From a virus, in IMG/VR virus record IMGVR_UViG_3300009180_000022: a stretch of 64,000 bases of DNA. The stretch is one strand, 5' to 3'. The notes under the pieces were generated by a model. The model saw nothing but the letters and a program-made list of their open reading frames with translations, did not search any database and was not told the origin of the DNA. Shown here in pieces: positions 23,301 to 32,200 of this stretch. The stretch's first letter is position 1; each line of letters starts with the position of its first letter. The position numbers were made by a program, and so were the translations under genes.

Positions 23301-24363
23301 TGCATCAGGTACTACGTATTACATTCAATTCTCTAATGCTACCAGTGTAAAATTATCTACCACACCAGGCGGGGCTGCACTTGCACTAACAAAGGGGTTA
23401 ACACAAACTGGCCATAGTTTTGCCGGTGTTAGTGGTAACGTTTCAATAGGTTCAGCTAATACCACGATCAACGGCACCACATTTAATGTACAGGCAAACG
23501 TTAATATAACGGGCGCAAACGTTATAATTAATAACTCGTCTGGTAACGTAATAATCACCTCAGCAAACACAAAGTTTGACGGTGGAGATTTATATTCAAC
23601 TTCTAATGTTAACTTTGCCGGTGCCAAAGTTACATCTTCAGCTAATATTGATATAACTGCTACACTCGTCATATTTAACAACGCTTCAGGTAACGTTGCC
23701 ATAACTGCATCTAATACGACGATTACTGGTGGCGCTATCAACCTAGGATCGAACGTTTCATCCAATGCTGCAGCCATCACGACAACAGGTAACGTGACTG
23801 CAAATGCGTTTGCTGCAACTGTTGTTAGAGGTGGCGGTATAGCTACTTACGGTGTTTTAGCAGTTGGTTTTGCAAATTCTACCGTATCCTCTAACGTAAC
23901 TATCAATGGCAACACAACTACCATCAGAAGTACGGATGTATTAATTGATTCAACTAACGTACTAACTGTTAACAATGGTATTACTGCTAACGGTAATATT
24001 ACACTTGCCAATACCGTTTCGTTTGGTACGATATCGATAATTACAGCAAAGACGGCCGCGGCGCAAACCTTTGCAACGGCTGCCGTACAGAATGAGATAG
24101 ACGCCTTTACTATTGCAAACTTCTCAGCTGCTAAATATTCAATTAGCGCAGTACATGACGGTAATTCGAATAACAAGATTATGACTGAAATTTCGGTTGT
24201 ATATGGGCATACAAATGCACACATGACTGAATACGGTACAATCTTCTCGAATACACAATACTCTACGTTCTATGTTGAATCAAACACAACACACGTTAAA
24301 CTACTCGCTAACTCTACATTAACACCTGTGACATATAAAATGGTTAGAACCGCTCTGACCTAA
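20389..24363 (+). CDS. Asn/Thr/Ser-rich fibre protein with four internal globular repeats and a C-terminal putative docking domain
   Basis: N-terminal V..TDTF.GW..K.N anchor-like motif and beta-strand repeats. C-terminal D.F.IANFSAAKYSI...EISVVY....MTEYG is shared with the 29266 fibre. Confidence 0.7.
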   Translation: MAKPVSNVTIATDTFAGWVGKSNILLDALTNLTVTVETSTLGANVYGNGSVFGTLSANVLSATVMRGGGVGNTANVSTLTIGIANSTVSSNVIITGYTANVTANSLNVTSNSNFSGNTLVYSNTTGNVSVTATNTAIGGGSFDVSSNTNIRSRLMYVYANTTISGANTIIIAGSGQASQTFDANAAVETVNNSIAITTAPTYSINEPVVYTVAAGNTALAGLVSGTTYYIQFSNATSVKLSTTPGGTALTLTKGLTQTGHSFAGISGNVAIGASNTTIRGINLNIQSNVSITSANLNYTNATGNVYVNTAIAYITGGNVSITSNTYINTTNTTVNTANFLLSGGQANVTSNVNITSANLIYNNASGNASITSANTTVAGGNFNISSNVSITGANLSYVNASGNVSINTAAVYVRGGTVRVFSNSISSGANTIIIAGSGQASQTFDANAAVETVNNSIAITTAPTYSINDPLVYTVAAGNTALTGLASGTTYYIQFSNATSVKLASIPGGSALTLTKGLTQTGHSFAGVSGNVVIGSSNTTIRGIDLNIQSNVNITSANLIYNNASGNASITSANTTVAGGNVNISSNVSITSANLNYTNATGNVYVNTAIAYITGGNVSISSNVSITGANLSYVSASGNVSINTAAVYVRGGTVRVFSNSVTSGANTIIIAGSGQALATFNSNTDVDNTTGLITIGATAASYTVNDPLVYTVAAGNTALTGLTSGSTFYIQSTTSTAIKLSSIPGGAAISLTKGVTEAGHSFTGVSGNVVIGSSNTTIRGIDLNIQSNVSITGANLNYTNASGNVYINTAIAYITGGNVSISSNVNITSANLIYNNAIGNASITSANTTVAGGNFNISSNISATGVTLIYNNASGNVSITSANTTVAGGVLNVTSNTNLRPAQVIVYANTVMSGANVDIIAGSGQASQSFNSNTAVETVNNSIAITASSTYSINDPVVYTVAAGNTALTGLASGTTYYIQFSNATSVKLSTTPGGAALALTKGLTQTGHSFAGVSGNVSIGSANTTINGTTFNVQANVNITGANVIINNSSGNVIITSANTKFDGGDLYSTSNVNFAGAKVTSSANIDITATLVIFNNASGNVAITASNTTITGGAINLGSNVSSNAAAITTTGNVTANAFAATVVRGGGIATYGVLAVGFANSTVSSNVTINGNTTTIRSTDVLIDSTNVLTVNNGITANGNITLANTVSFGTISIITAKTAAAQTFATAAVQNEIDAFTIANFSAAKYSISAVHDGNSNNKIMTEISVVYGHTNAHMTEYGTIFSNTQYSTFYVESNTTHVKLLANSTLTPVTYKMVRTALT
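20881..23439 (+). repeat. Four ~310 bp intragenic direct repeats (~20881-21192, 21670-21981, 22378-22692, 23128-23439) plus shorter shuffled spacer repeats
   Basis: Repeated AGSGQASQTFDANAAVETVNNSIAIT...YTVAAGNTAL.GL.SGTTYYIQFSNATSVKL...LTKGLTQTGHSFAG, with near-identical DNA stretches. Confidence 0.9.
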
Positions 24364-24394
24364 TAATAAAAACAATTAGCGGAAAGGGAAGCTA

Positions 24395-26464
24395 ATGGCG
24401 TCAAATACACAAAATTTTAGAGTTAAGTACGGTGCAGATGTAACCCTAGGGCTTTCTGCTAATACTTTATCAATCACATCTACTGCCAACGTTGGTGGTA
24501 ATATGGGTATTAAAGGTGATCTTCAGGTTGAAGGTAACATCAATTCTTTTGGTGCAGTTAGTTATAGCGCCGGTACTATTAACCTAAACAACGCCCAAAG
24601 CACTCCTACAGCAGTAGCACCTACGCTTGATGCAGCTGTAGTAGCCAAGAGAGGCACAAGCGCTGACGTACAGGTCAAGTGGAATGAAACGATTGATAGG
24701 TGGGAGTTTACCAATGATGGAACGTTGTATATTCCTTTACTCTCATATCCTAATCTAACATTTGCATTTGATACCGGTACTGATACTGCAACAGACCCTG
24801 GCGCTGGTAAGTTTAGGTTTAACACTGGAACAACATCAACCGTAACACAGATTGCATTAAACAATGTTGAATATAAAGGCGGTAATGTTCGAAGCTTTAT
24901 ATCAAGCTGGACTAGTAGTAGTGCTATAAATGGATTTTTAATCTTGCGTAGCTATAGCGACCCAAGTAAAATAATGACGTTTAGCGTTAATGGTAGGGCC
25001 AGCCAAACCGGGTTCATGCAATTAAATGTAATTAATATATCGACAGGTAGCGGATTATTTACTAGTGGTGAATTGGTCAGCATGCATTTTTCAGCATCCG
25101 GTGATAAAGGTCAAAAGGGTGAGATAGGCGATAAAGGTCAAAAAGGAGAAAAGGGTGATAAAGGCGAAAAAGGCGAAAAGGGTGATAAAGGTGAAGTTGG
25201 AGATAAAGGTCAAAAGGGCGAGAGAGTAAATAGCGGGTCATATAATTCATCTACTGATACCGTTACCTATACTAATTCTGACGCATCTACTTTTACTATA
25301 ACCGGATTCAAAGGTCAGAAGGGCGAGATTGGAGATAAAGGCGAAAAAGGTCAGAAGGGTGAGATTGGAGATAAGGGTCAAAAAGGTGAGCGTGTAAATT
25401 CCGGAGCATATAATGCTGGTACTGATACCGTTACCTATACTAATTCTGACGCATCTACTTTTACTATAACCGGATTCAAAGGCCAAAAAGGCGAAACGGG
25501 TGCACGTGTATCGTCTGCAGTCTTTACTGATGCTACCAACACCACTACCTTTACCGAATCTGACGGATCAACATTTACAGTATCTGGCCTAAAGGGTGAT
25601 AAGGGCGAAAAAGGTCAAAAGGGTGAAGTTGGAGATAAAGGTCAAAAAGGTGAAACCGGTGCACGTGTATCATCTGCAGTCGCTAATAACACTACCAACA
25701 CCACTACCTTTACCGAATCTGACGGATCAACCTTTACAGTAGGTGGCCTAAAGGGGGATAAGGGTGAAAAGGGTGAAAAAGGTGAAAAGGGAGAAAAAGG
25801 CGAAAAAGGTCAAAAAGGCGAAGTTGGTGATAAAGGCCAAAAAGGCGAAAAAATTACCGCGGTAACCTATTCAGACGCTTTGAATACTCTTACATTTACA
25901 AACTCTGATACAACTACTCTTTCTATAGCTGGTATTAAAGGTCAAAAAGGCGAAGTTGGTGATAAAGGCCAAAAAGGTGAAATAGGCGCCAAAGGCGACA
26001 AAGGCGAAAAAGGTCAAAAGGGCGATGCTGGAGGTTTTACAACAGGGGATAACGCACAGGTTAACTCATTAGGTGTTGGAGTAGCAGCATCAGGTACTGC
26101 AGGCACAATTCTTGCTACTGGTGATATTACTGCTTTCTACTCTGATAAAAGACTGAAGGACATTGAAGGTAACATACCTAACGCGTTAGAACTTGTAACT
26201 AAACTGAATGGGGTATATTATACTAATAATGACCTTGCAAAATACTACGGATATGATGATACATCGAGAATGATAGGTGTTATTGCTCAGGAAGTTCAAG
26301 CAACAATACCAGAAGCTGTCAAGCCTGCACCTTTTGATATGGGAGTAGATAATACAAGTAAGTCAGGTAATAATTACTTAACTGTACAGTATGAAAAAAT
26401 TGTACCGTTACTTATCGAGGCGATCAAGGAACTTAACATTAAGGTAGATAAACTTCAACGTTAA
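24395..26464 (+). CDS. Collagen-like fibre: six interrupted Gly-X-Y segments (Lys in Y, no Pro) and a C-terminal peptidase S74 intramolecular chaperone
   Basis: GDKGQKGEIGDKGQKGEK... repeats at ~25100-26030. FY-SDKRLK autocleavage motif (~26138-26158) followed by IGVIAQEV and YEKIVPLLIEAIKEL. Confidence 0.9.
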   Translation: MASNTQNFRVKYGADVTLGLSANTLSITSTANVGGNMGIKGDLQVEGNINSFGAVSYSAGTINLNNAQSTPTAVAPTLDAAVVAKRGTSADVQVKWNETIDRWEFTNDGTLYIPLLSYPNLTFAFDTGTDTATDPGAGKFRFNTGTTSTVTQIALNNVEYKGGNVRSFISSWTSSSAINGFLILRSYSDPSKIMTFSVNGRASQTGFMQLNVINISTGSGLFTSGELVSMHFSASGDKGQKGEIGDKGQKGEKGDKGEKGEKGDKGEVGDKGQKGERVNSGSYNSSTDTVTYTNSDASTFTITGFKGQKGEIGDKGEKGQKGEIGDKGQKGERVNSGAYNAGTDTVTYTNSDASTFTITGFKGQKGETGARVSSAVFTDATNTTTFTESDGSTFTVSGLKGDKGEKGQKGEVGDKGQKGETGARVSSAVANNTTNTTTFTESDGSTFTVGGLKGDKGEKGEKGEKGEKGEKGQKGEVGDKGQKGEKITAVTYSDALNTLTFTNSDTTTLSIAGIKGQKGEVGDKGQKGEIGAKGDKGEKGQKGDAGGFTTGDNAQVNSLGVGVAASGTAGTILATGDITAFYSDKRLKDIEGNIPNALELVTKLNGVYYTNNDLAKYYGYDDTSRMIGVIAQEVQATIPEAVKPAPFDMGVDNTSKSGNNYLTVQYEKIVPLLIEAIKELNIKVDKLQR
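25100..26030 (+). repeat. Collagen Gly-X-Y repeat region with five ~27-aa non-collagen spacers
   Basis: Hand count of about 60 triplets, about 45 with Lys in Y. Identical 63-bp duplication (25252-25314 and 25420-25482) and 40-bp duplication (25533-25572 and 25692-25731). Confidence 0.92.
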
Positions 26465-26479
26465 ACCACAAACTATATT

Positions 26480-28456
26480 ATGAAAATCTTTGTTATTAAT
26501 CTTGCACGAAGAACTGATAGACTTAAACACATTAGCGGACAACTCAACGGGTATGATTTTGTACCCGTTGAGGCTATTGATGGCAATACGTTAAGTTTAT
26601 CAGGTTCCCAACATAAATATTATAAGGATTGGGTCGACCCGTTACTTAATCGACGCCTTACAATTGGTGAGATAGCCACTACCCTTTCCCATATCAAGGT
26701 ATGGAATATGGTTGCTGAGCTAGACGAACCAGCACTTATTTTAGAAGATGATTCAATTCTATCTGGAGACTTTAGACCGGCTGATATTTTAGGGTACATG
26801 GAACGGTGCGATATGTTGTATCTCAACCACCGTGAAATGGTGGAATCTAATGCACGTGAAATCAACGATGAGCTTGTCCGTCCTTACTACCCCTATCTAG
26901 GTAATGCATATGTCATTACACCAAAGTTTGCAAGGGATCTTATAGCACTTGGATTACATCAATGCATTATTCCTGTTGATGAATTTTTTCCTATAATTAA
27001 TGGTGTAGATTTTAATCACTATTGTCTTTCAGAAAGTTCTAATATTAAAAAGTGTTTTGTTGATCTGTCAAAAAAGTTCAGTCGCGAAACATACAAGATT
27101 TATGCATACAAAACGCCCATATTTGAACAACAATCTAGAAGTGTAATGGGTTCTGATATCGAGAATTCTCCTACTATTCCTGATGATTATTACTTTCTGA
27201 CTGTAGGTACAGACGAATCGCAGATGGATGCATTATACGCATCGTGTAAGAGGCATAACGTAAATATTATTAATCTCGGTAAAGGAAAAACTTGGACTGG
27301 TGGAAATATGGAAGCCGGGCCAGGTGGTGGGTATAAGCTTAACCTGGTAAAAACATTCCTTGAATCAAGCAACTTACCTGATAATACTATAATCGGTTTC
27401 TTTGATGGGTATGATGTGTTAATTAACGACACTGAACAGACGATCATTGATAAGTTTAAAAGCTTTGAGGCATCGATAGTGTTTGCTGCAGAGAAGACGT
27501 GTTGGCCTGATTCTAGCATAGCATCACAATACCCACCTTGCGATACAGAGTATAGATACCTAAACAGTGGGTGTTACATAGGATATGCGGGTAGCTTAAA
27601 ACAGATTATATGGTCTGTAGACCCTTATGGTGACGTAGTAGGCGATACGTCTGACGATCAACTTTACTTGCATCTAAAATACCTTGAAAATTACGAGGTA
27701 CCAGGAGTACGAATTAGATTAGATCATAGGAATGAGTTGTTTCAATGTTTGAGTGGAGCCGAGGATAGTCTAGGGTTTACAAGTAGTGATAATATCTTTA
27801 ACACTGAAACCAAAACATGTCCGAGTATACTTCACGGTAATGGCGGAAAATTCCAAAAGGAAGTATTTCGCAAGATTTATGTTGATAAATTTCTTCCTGA
27901 TTTAATGCAATTCAATTCTGCGTCTAAATTTAGCATCGTTGCGCCTGAGATACTTCTAACAGATTTCTTCACCAAAAGAGACTGTGAGTATATTATTCAG
28001 AAGGCAGAACTTATTAATCAGTGGGAGCAGCTCCCCGGGGACAAGTTTCCAGGTCAAGAATTAAGAATTAAAAAGCTTGATCAAGGGCTGTATAACCTCA
28101 TGGAAGAAAAGATTAGAACAGGACTATACCCGGCAATCGAGCAGTACTGGAGACCGCTCCAGATGTATGGTATTAGAGACATGTTTATAATTAAGTACCA
28201 GCATGGGTCTCAAATAAGCCTTCCGTGTCATCATGACGCCTCACTTGTTACAATAACGGTCCGATTAAACGATGAATATGAGGGCGCTGAGTTATATTTT
28301 TATAGGCAAAATTACAGTAATATTGATGTAAAAACTGGAGAGGCTATTATATGGCCAGGACAGGTTACCCATGGTCATGAATCGAGACCTCTTATAAGCG
28401 GGATTAAGTATAGTCTTGTTATATGGACGTCACGCTATAAAGGCGATGTAAACTGA
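26480..28456 (+). CDS. Three-domain putative collagen-modifying enzyme: GT25 (COLGALT-like), PLOD/LH3-type glycosyltransferase and 2OG-Fe(II) lysyl hydroxylase
   Basis: GT25: VINLARRTDR, EAIDG, DPLLNRRLTIGEI..LSH, LILEDD, IPVDEFFP, GSDIENS. PLOD GT: LTVGT, LGKGKTWTGG, GGGYK, FFDGYDV, FAAEKTCWP, RYLNSGCYIGY, DDQLY, LDHRNELFQCL, LHGNG. Hydroxylase: FIIKY, LPCHHDAS, YEGAELYF, WPGQVTHGHES, GIKYSLV. Confidence 0.88.
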   Translation: MKIFVINLARRTDRLKHISGQLNGYDFVPVEAIDGNTLSLSGSQHKYYKDWVDPLLNRRLTIGEIATTLSHIKVWNMVAELDEPALILEDDSILSGDFRPADILGYMERCDMLYLNHREMVESNAREINDELVRPYYPYLGNAYVITPKFARDLIALGLHQCIIPVDEFFPIINGVDFNHYCLSESSNIKKCFVDLSKKFSRETYKIYAYKTPIFEQQSRSVMGSDIENSPTIPDDYYFLTVGTDESQMDALYASCKRHNVNIINLGKGKTWTGGNMEAGPGGGYKLNLVKTFLESSNLPDNTIIGFFDGYDVLINDTEQTIIDKFKSFEASIVFAAEKTCWPDSSIASQYPPCDTEYRYLNSGCYIGYAGSLKQIIWSVDPYGDVVGDTSDDQLYLHLKYLENYEVPGVRIRLDHRNELFQCLSGAEDSLGFTSSDNIFNTETKTCPSILHGNGGKFQKEVFRKIYVDKFLPDLMQFNSASKFSIVAPEILLTDFFTKRDCEYIIQKAELINQWEQLPGDKFPGQELRIKKLDQGLYNLMEEKIRTGLYPAIEQYWRPLQMYGIRDMFIIKYQHGSQISLPCHHDASLVTITVRLNDEYEGAELYFYRQNYSNIDVKTGEAIIWPGQVTHGHESRPLISGIKYSLVIWTSRYKGDVN

Positions 28457-28468
28457 TATTTAAGGATT

Positions 28469-28476
28469 AATAAATA
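28469..28476 (+). promoter_or_regulatory. Late promoter variant upstream of 28495
   Basis: Intergenic AATAAATA. Confidence 0.6.
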
Positions 28477-28494
28477 CCTTAAAAGGGCACGACA

Positions 28495-28827
28495 ATGGCT
28501 ACTAAAGCAAATTTAAGCATCGATCAAGGGGCGACCTTTAGCACGTCAATTACACTAACAGATTCGTCAGATAACATAGTAGATCTGACTGGATATACTG
28601 GTGCCTCTCAAATGCGTAAAAGCGCCACCTCATCAGCATATACAGCATTTACTGTTGTGCTTGGTAATACAGCAGGGACCATCAATCTCTCTCTTTGAGC
28701 CAATTCAACAGCAAACGTTGCCGCTGGTCGCTATCTTTATGATGTTGAACTTACAGAAACTGCATCAAACACAATCTCTAGAGTTTTTGAAGGTATAGTA
28801 ACGGTAAATCCAAACATCACGAGGTAA
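28495..28827 (+). CDS. Conserved small virion/fibre-associated protein interrupted by an in-frame TGA at 28696-28698
   Basis: MATKANLSIDQGATFS...DLTGYTGASQMRKS. The same frame continues past the TGA as ANSTANVAAGRYLYDVELT...RVFEGIVTVNPNITR to TAA 28825-28827, 1 bp before the next ATG. Confidence 0.75.
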
Positions 28828-28828
28828 T

Positions 28829-29194
28829 ATGTCACTAGTAGCCATACCAACACAGGTATTAAGGGTCAATAGAAAAGACACTTTAATTACATCTGATACA
28901 CCGATCACCTTAAGAACAACTACATCCAACTATCTAGAAACGTTAAAGGATGTAAATGTAACTGGGGCTGCCAACAACAGCCTTTTTGTATACAATACAA
29001 CGTTATCAAAGTGGGAAGACCATTCAATATCCGGAACTGCTAACGAAGTAGAGGTTAGCTTTAGTTCTCAAGACATTACTATTGGTCTACCTAACGATGT
29101 AACTGTAGGTACTCTAACTGCTACGACTGTAACTACAACGGATTTCAACGTCTCATTGTTGAGCTTCAGCAATATCGACTGCGGAGAGTTCTAG
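28829..29194 (+). CDS. Small fibre-associated structural protein
   Basis: LETLKDVNV...NNSLFVYNTTLSKWE motif and terminal IDCGEF, both common in fibre-associated proteins of environmental T4-like phages. Confidence 0.6.
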   Translation: MSLVAIPTQVLRVNRKDTLITSDTPITLRTTTSNYLETLKDVNVTGAANNSLFVYNTTLSKWEDHSISGTANEVEVSFSSQDITIGLPNDVTVGTLTATTVTTTDFNVSLLSFSNIDCGEF

Positions 29195-29212
29195 TCTCTC
29201 AAACCATTACGA

Positions 29213-29220
29213 CATAAATA
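29213..29220 (+). promoter_or_regulatory. Late promoter variant upstream of the long fibre gene
   Basis: Intergenic CATAAATA. Confidence 0.65.
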
Positions 29221-29265
29221 GATAGTCTTATATAAGACTTCTACTATCCTACATAGGGTGTTCTA

Positions 29266-32200
29266 ATGGCAAATACAAAAATTCTTCAGGTTAAGCGTAC
29301 CACAGTTTCTGGGCGCCTACCTAACACTTCTAGTACCTCCAACAGCTCGTACATCTATCCAGGTGAATTTGCATTCAACCTAGCCGATAGAAAGCTTTAC
29401 TCCCAATACGCTTCCGTACCGTTTGAAGTAGGCGCAAACTTATCTTCACTAGTTGTAACCGGTAATGCCTCTATTACCGGTACGCTTACTGTTGTAGGTA
29501 ATACGATCTATACCGGTAACGTAGTTTATATTAACACCACGAACCTGACCGTTGGTGATAATATCATCACCCTTAACTCTGATGTAACCGGATCACCAAC
29601 TGAATCGGCCGGCATTGAAATTAATCGCGGCACATCGGCAAATGTAAGCTTTCTTTGGGATGAAGCAAACACTAGATGGACTATAGGTTCACAGAACCTT
29701 TTTGTTGGCGGCAGTATTAATGCTGTATCTATTTCTGTTACAAACTTTACGGCCGCCAACATTGCCGCTGTAAACTTAAGCACATCTAATAACTTTGCAG
29801 TCTCTAATACTAGTTTTGATATAAATACAGGTATTGCCGGGTGGCATTATAGCGGTAAAGCACTATCGGTTAACGCAAAAGAATCTGTACCTAGAGGAGT
29901 CAGTTTTTCTTCCGATGGTACAAAAATGTATGTTGTAGGAACTAGTTCTTCTTCAGTACATCAGTACAATCTATCATCAGCATTTGATGTAACTACCGGT
30001 ACATTTGCAAGCACCCTTTCTGTTTCTACTCAAGAAGCAGCTCCTTCTGGTTTATTTTTTAAATTAGATGGTACTAAGATGTACATTATCGGTACTACGT
30101 CTGATTCAATACATCAGTATAGTTTGGCAACAGCCTGGAATTTAAGTACTGCTACTGCCGATGGTGTGTCATATAATATCGTTCAAGACACTTCACCAAC
30201 TGATATATTCTTTAGCCCTGACGGTACGTCTGTATTCATTCTTGGTAATACAAATAGTAGAGTTAACAAATATACTTTATCCTCAGCTTGGAATATTTCT
30301 ACTGCAACATTTAATAATTTCTTTGCTTTTTCAAGTTCATCTAATGAAAGTAATGCAACAGGTCTGACGTTTAATTCAACAGGTACAATTATGTACTTAG
30401 TAGGACTAAATACAAATTATATTTTTAGCTATGCTCTATCTACCCCATGGGATGTAACTACAGCAACGATTACCGGGTATAAGAGTGTATACAACGTTGA
30501 ATCAGGTGTTCAAGGTGTTTTTTATAGTCAGACTAGCAATAAGTTTTGGATAGTAGGTGCATCAAACGATACGGTATATCAGTATGACACTAATGATAGT
30601 GCAGCACTTAAAGTAACTGCTAACTCCTTACATATAACTGGCATATTAAGTGTCAGTAATAATATTAGTATTGATGGTAACTTCCATACATTAGGAACTA
30701 TTAAAGCTGAAAATGATATACAGACTGACGGTAACCTAACAGTCGTAGGAACTACTTTACTTGGCAATACAACTACTGTCACCGGTGCATTTACTGTAAC
30801 TGGAACCACAACAACAACCTCAATTCAAAGTACTCAAACATCTGGCACAATCACTTTAGGTGGAACTACTGGTACTGGTGCTATTACGGTTGGTCAGTCA
30901 ACTGGAGTTCAAACGTTAGGTCTTGCAACTGGCGCCACAACATCTTCAAATACAAAGACAGTTAACATTGGTACAGCAGGGCTTTCAGGCTCCATTACCA
31001 ACGTTAATATAGGATCGGTGGTTTCTGGTGCAACAGGTACAACGACAATTAATAGCAATAACGTCGTTGTACCTAATAACCTTGCCGTTACTGGTACAGC
31101 TAACGTTGCAACTACTATAAATGTAGGCGCAAATTTAACGATTAATACAACCTCATATGGGATTGGTAACTCAACTATAAATGCAGTACTTACATCTACT
31201 TCATTATTGATAGGTAATACAGTTGCCAACACAACCGCGGTTGCAGTAGGCGCAAACGTTATTGCTAATACTACTGCTTTACTAGTTGGTAATAGTTCAG
31301 TTAATAGTATCATCACATCATCCCTGTTAACAACAACTACTGCCAATTTATCGACAAGTGTTAATGTTGGTGCTAACGTTAACTTAAGTACTACTCAAAT
31401 TAAAGTTGGTAATTCGAGCGTCAATACAGTTATTACAAGCACTACTATTACTGGTAATGCAGCGGCGACTCTAGGTAATACAACTATTAACGGATCCTTA
31501 ACAGTTACTGCCAATACTGTTGCTGCTCAGGTCAATACGACAAGCATCAACGTTGGTGCAAACGTAAACATAAGTGCCACTCAACTCAACGTTGGCAATA
31601 GTACAGTAAATACTGTCATTACTAGTACAACGATGACGGGTAATGGTGCTGGTATCCTTAACGTTAACGCTGCAACTGTTGGATCTAATACAGCTTCAAC
31701 ACTGAGGACATACTCAGAGACGCAAGCTGCCAATGCATACACCACTGCTCAGGCCAACTCAGCTAATGCTACTAACATTTCAAGTGGTACGCTTGCAACC
31801 GCCAGATTACCTGCAACTGTCAACGTTGCAACTACTGTAAACGTTGGTGCAAACGTAAACTTAGGTACATCTTCTATCAACGTTGGTAATGCAACAATCA
31901 ATACCGTAATTACGTCATCAACAATTACTACATCCGGTAATGTTTTTGCATCAGGTGGGCTGGTTGTTAATACTAACTCTTCCACCGATGCCGTAAGAAT
32001 TACTCAATTAGGTGCTGGTAATGCGCTGTTAATTGAAGATGATACTTCAACTGACGTAACTCCTACTGTTATTGATACTAACGGTGTTTTAGTGCGTGGT
32101 GCTACTTCAAAAGCAAGTCACTGGTCTGCAAGTGTAGCCGCGCCTGAATCGTTCTTCGTTGGTAATTCCGGTTCATCTATAGGTGTAGGTATTATTGGTC

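Noticed and set aside
26480-28456. Interpretation as a DNA hypermodification (TET/JBP plus glucosyltransferase) or LPS-conversion enzyme
   Set aside because: Motifs match PLOD and COLGALT families rather than TET/JBP or T4 glucosyltransferases, and the gene sits in the late fibre block beside a Lys-rich collagen. Disfavoured but not experimentally excluded.
28696-28698. Genome-wide stop-codon reassignment or selenocysteine
   Set aside because: TGA terminates several genes at their expected ends (gp53, hub, gp6, uvsY, gp55, gp47). The position does not look like a Trp or Cys site and no convincing SECIS-like hairpin was seen.
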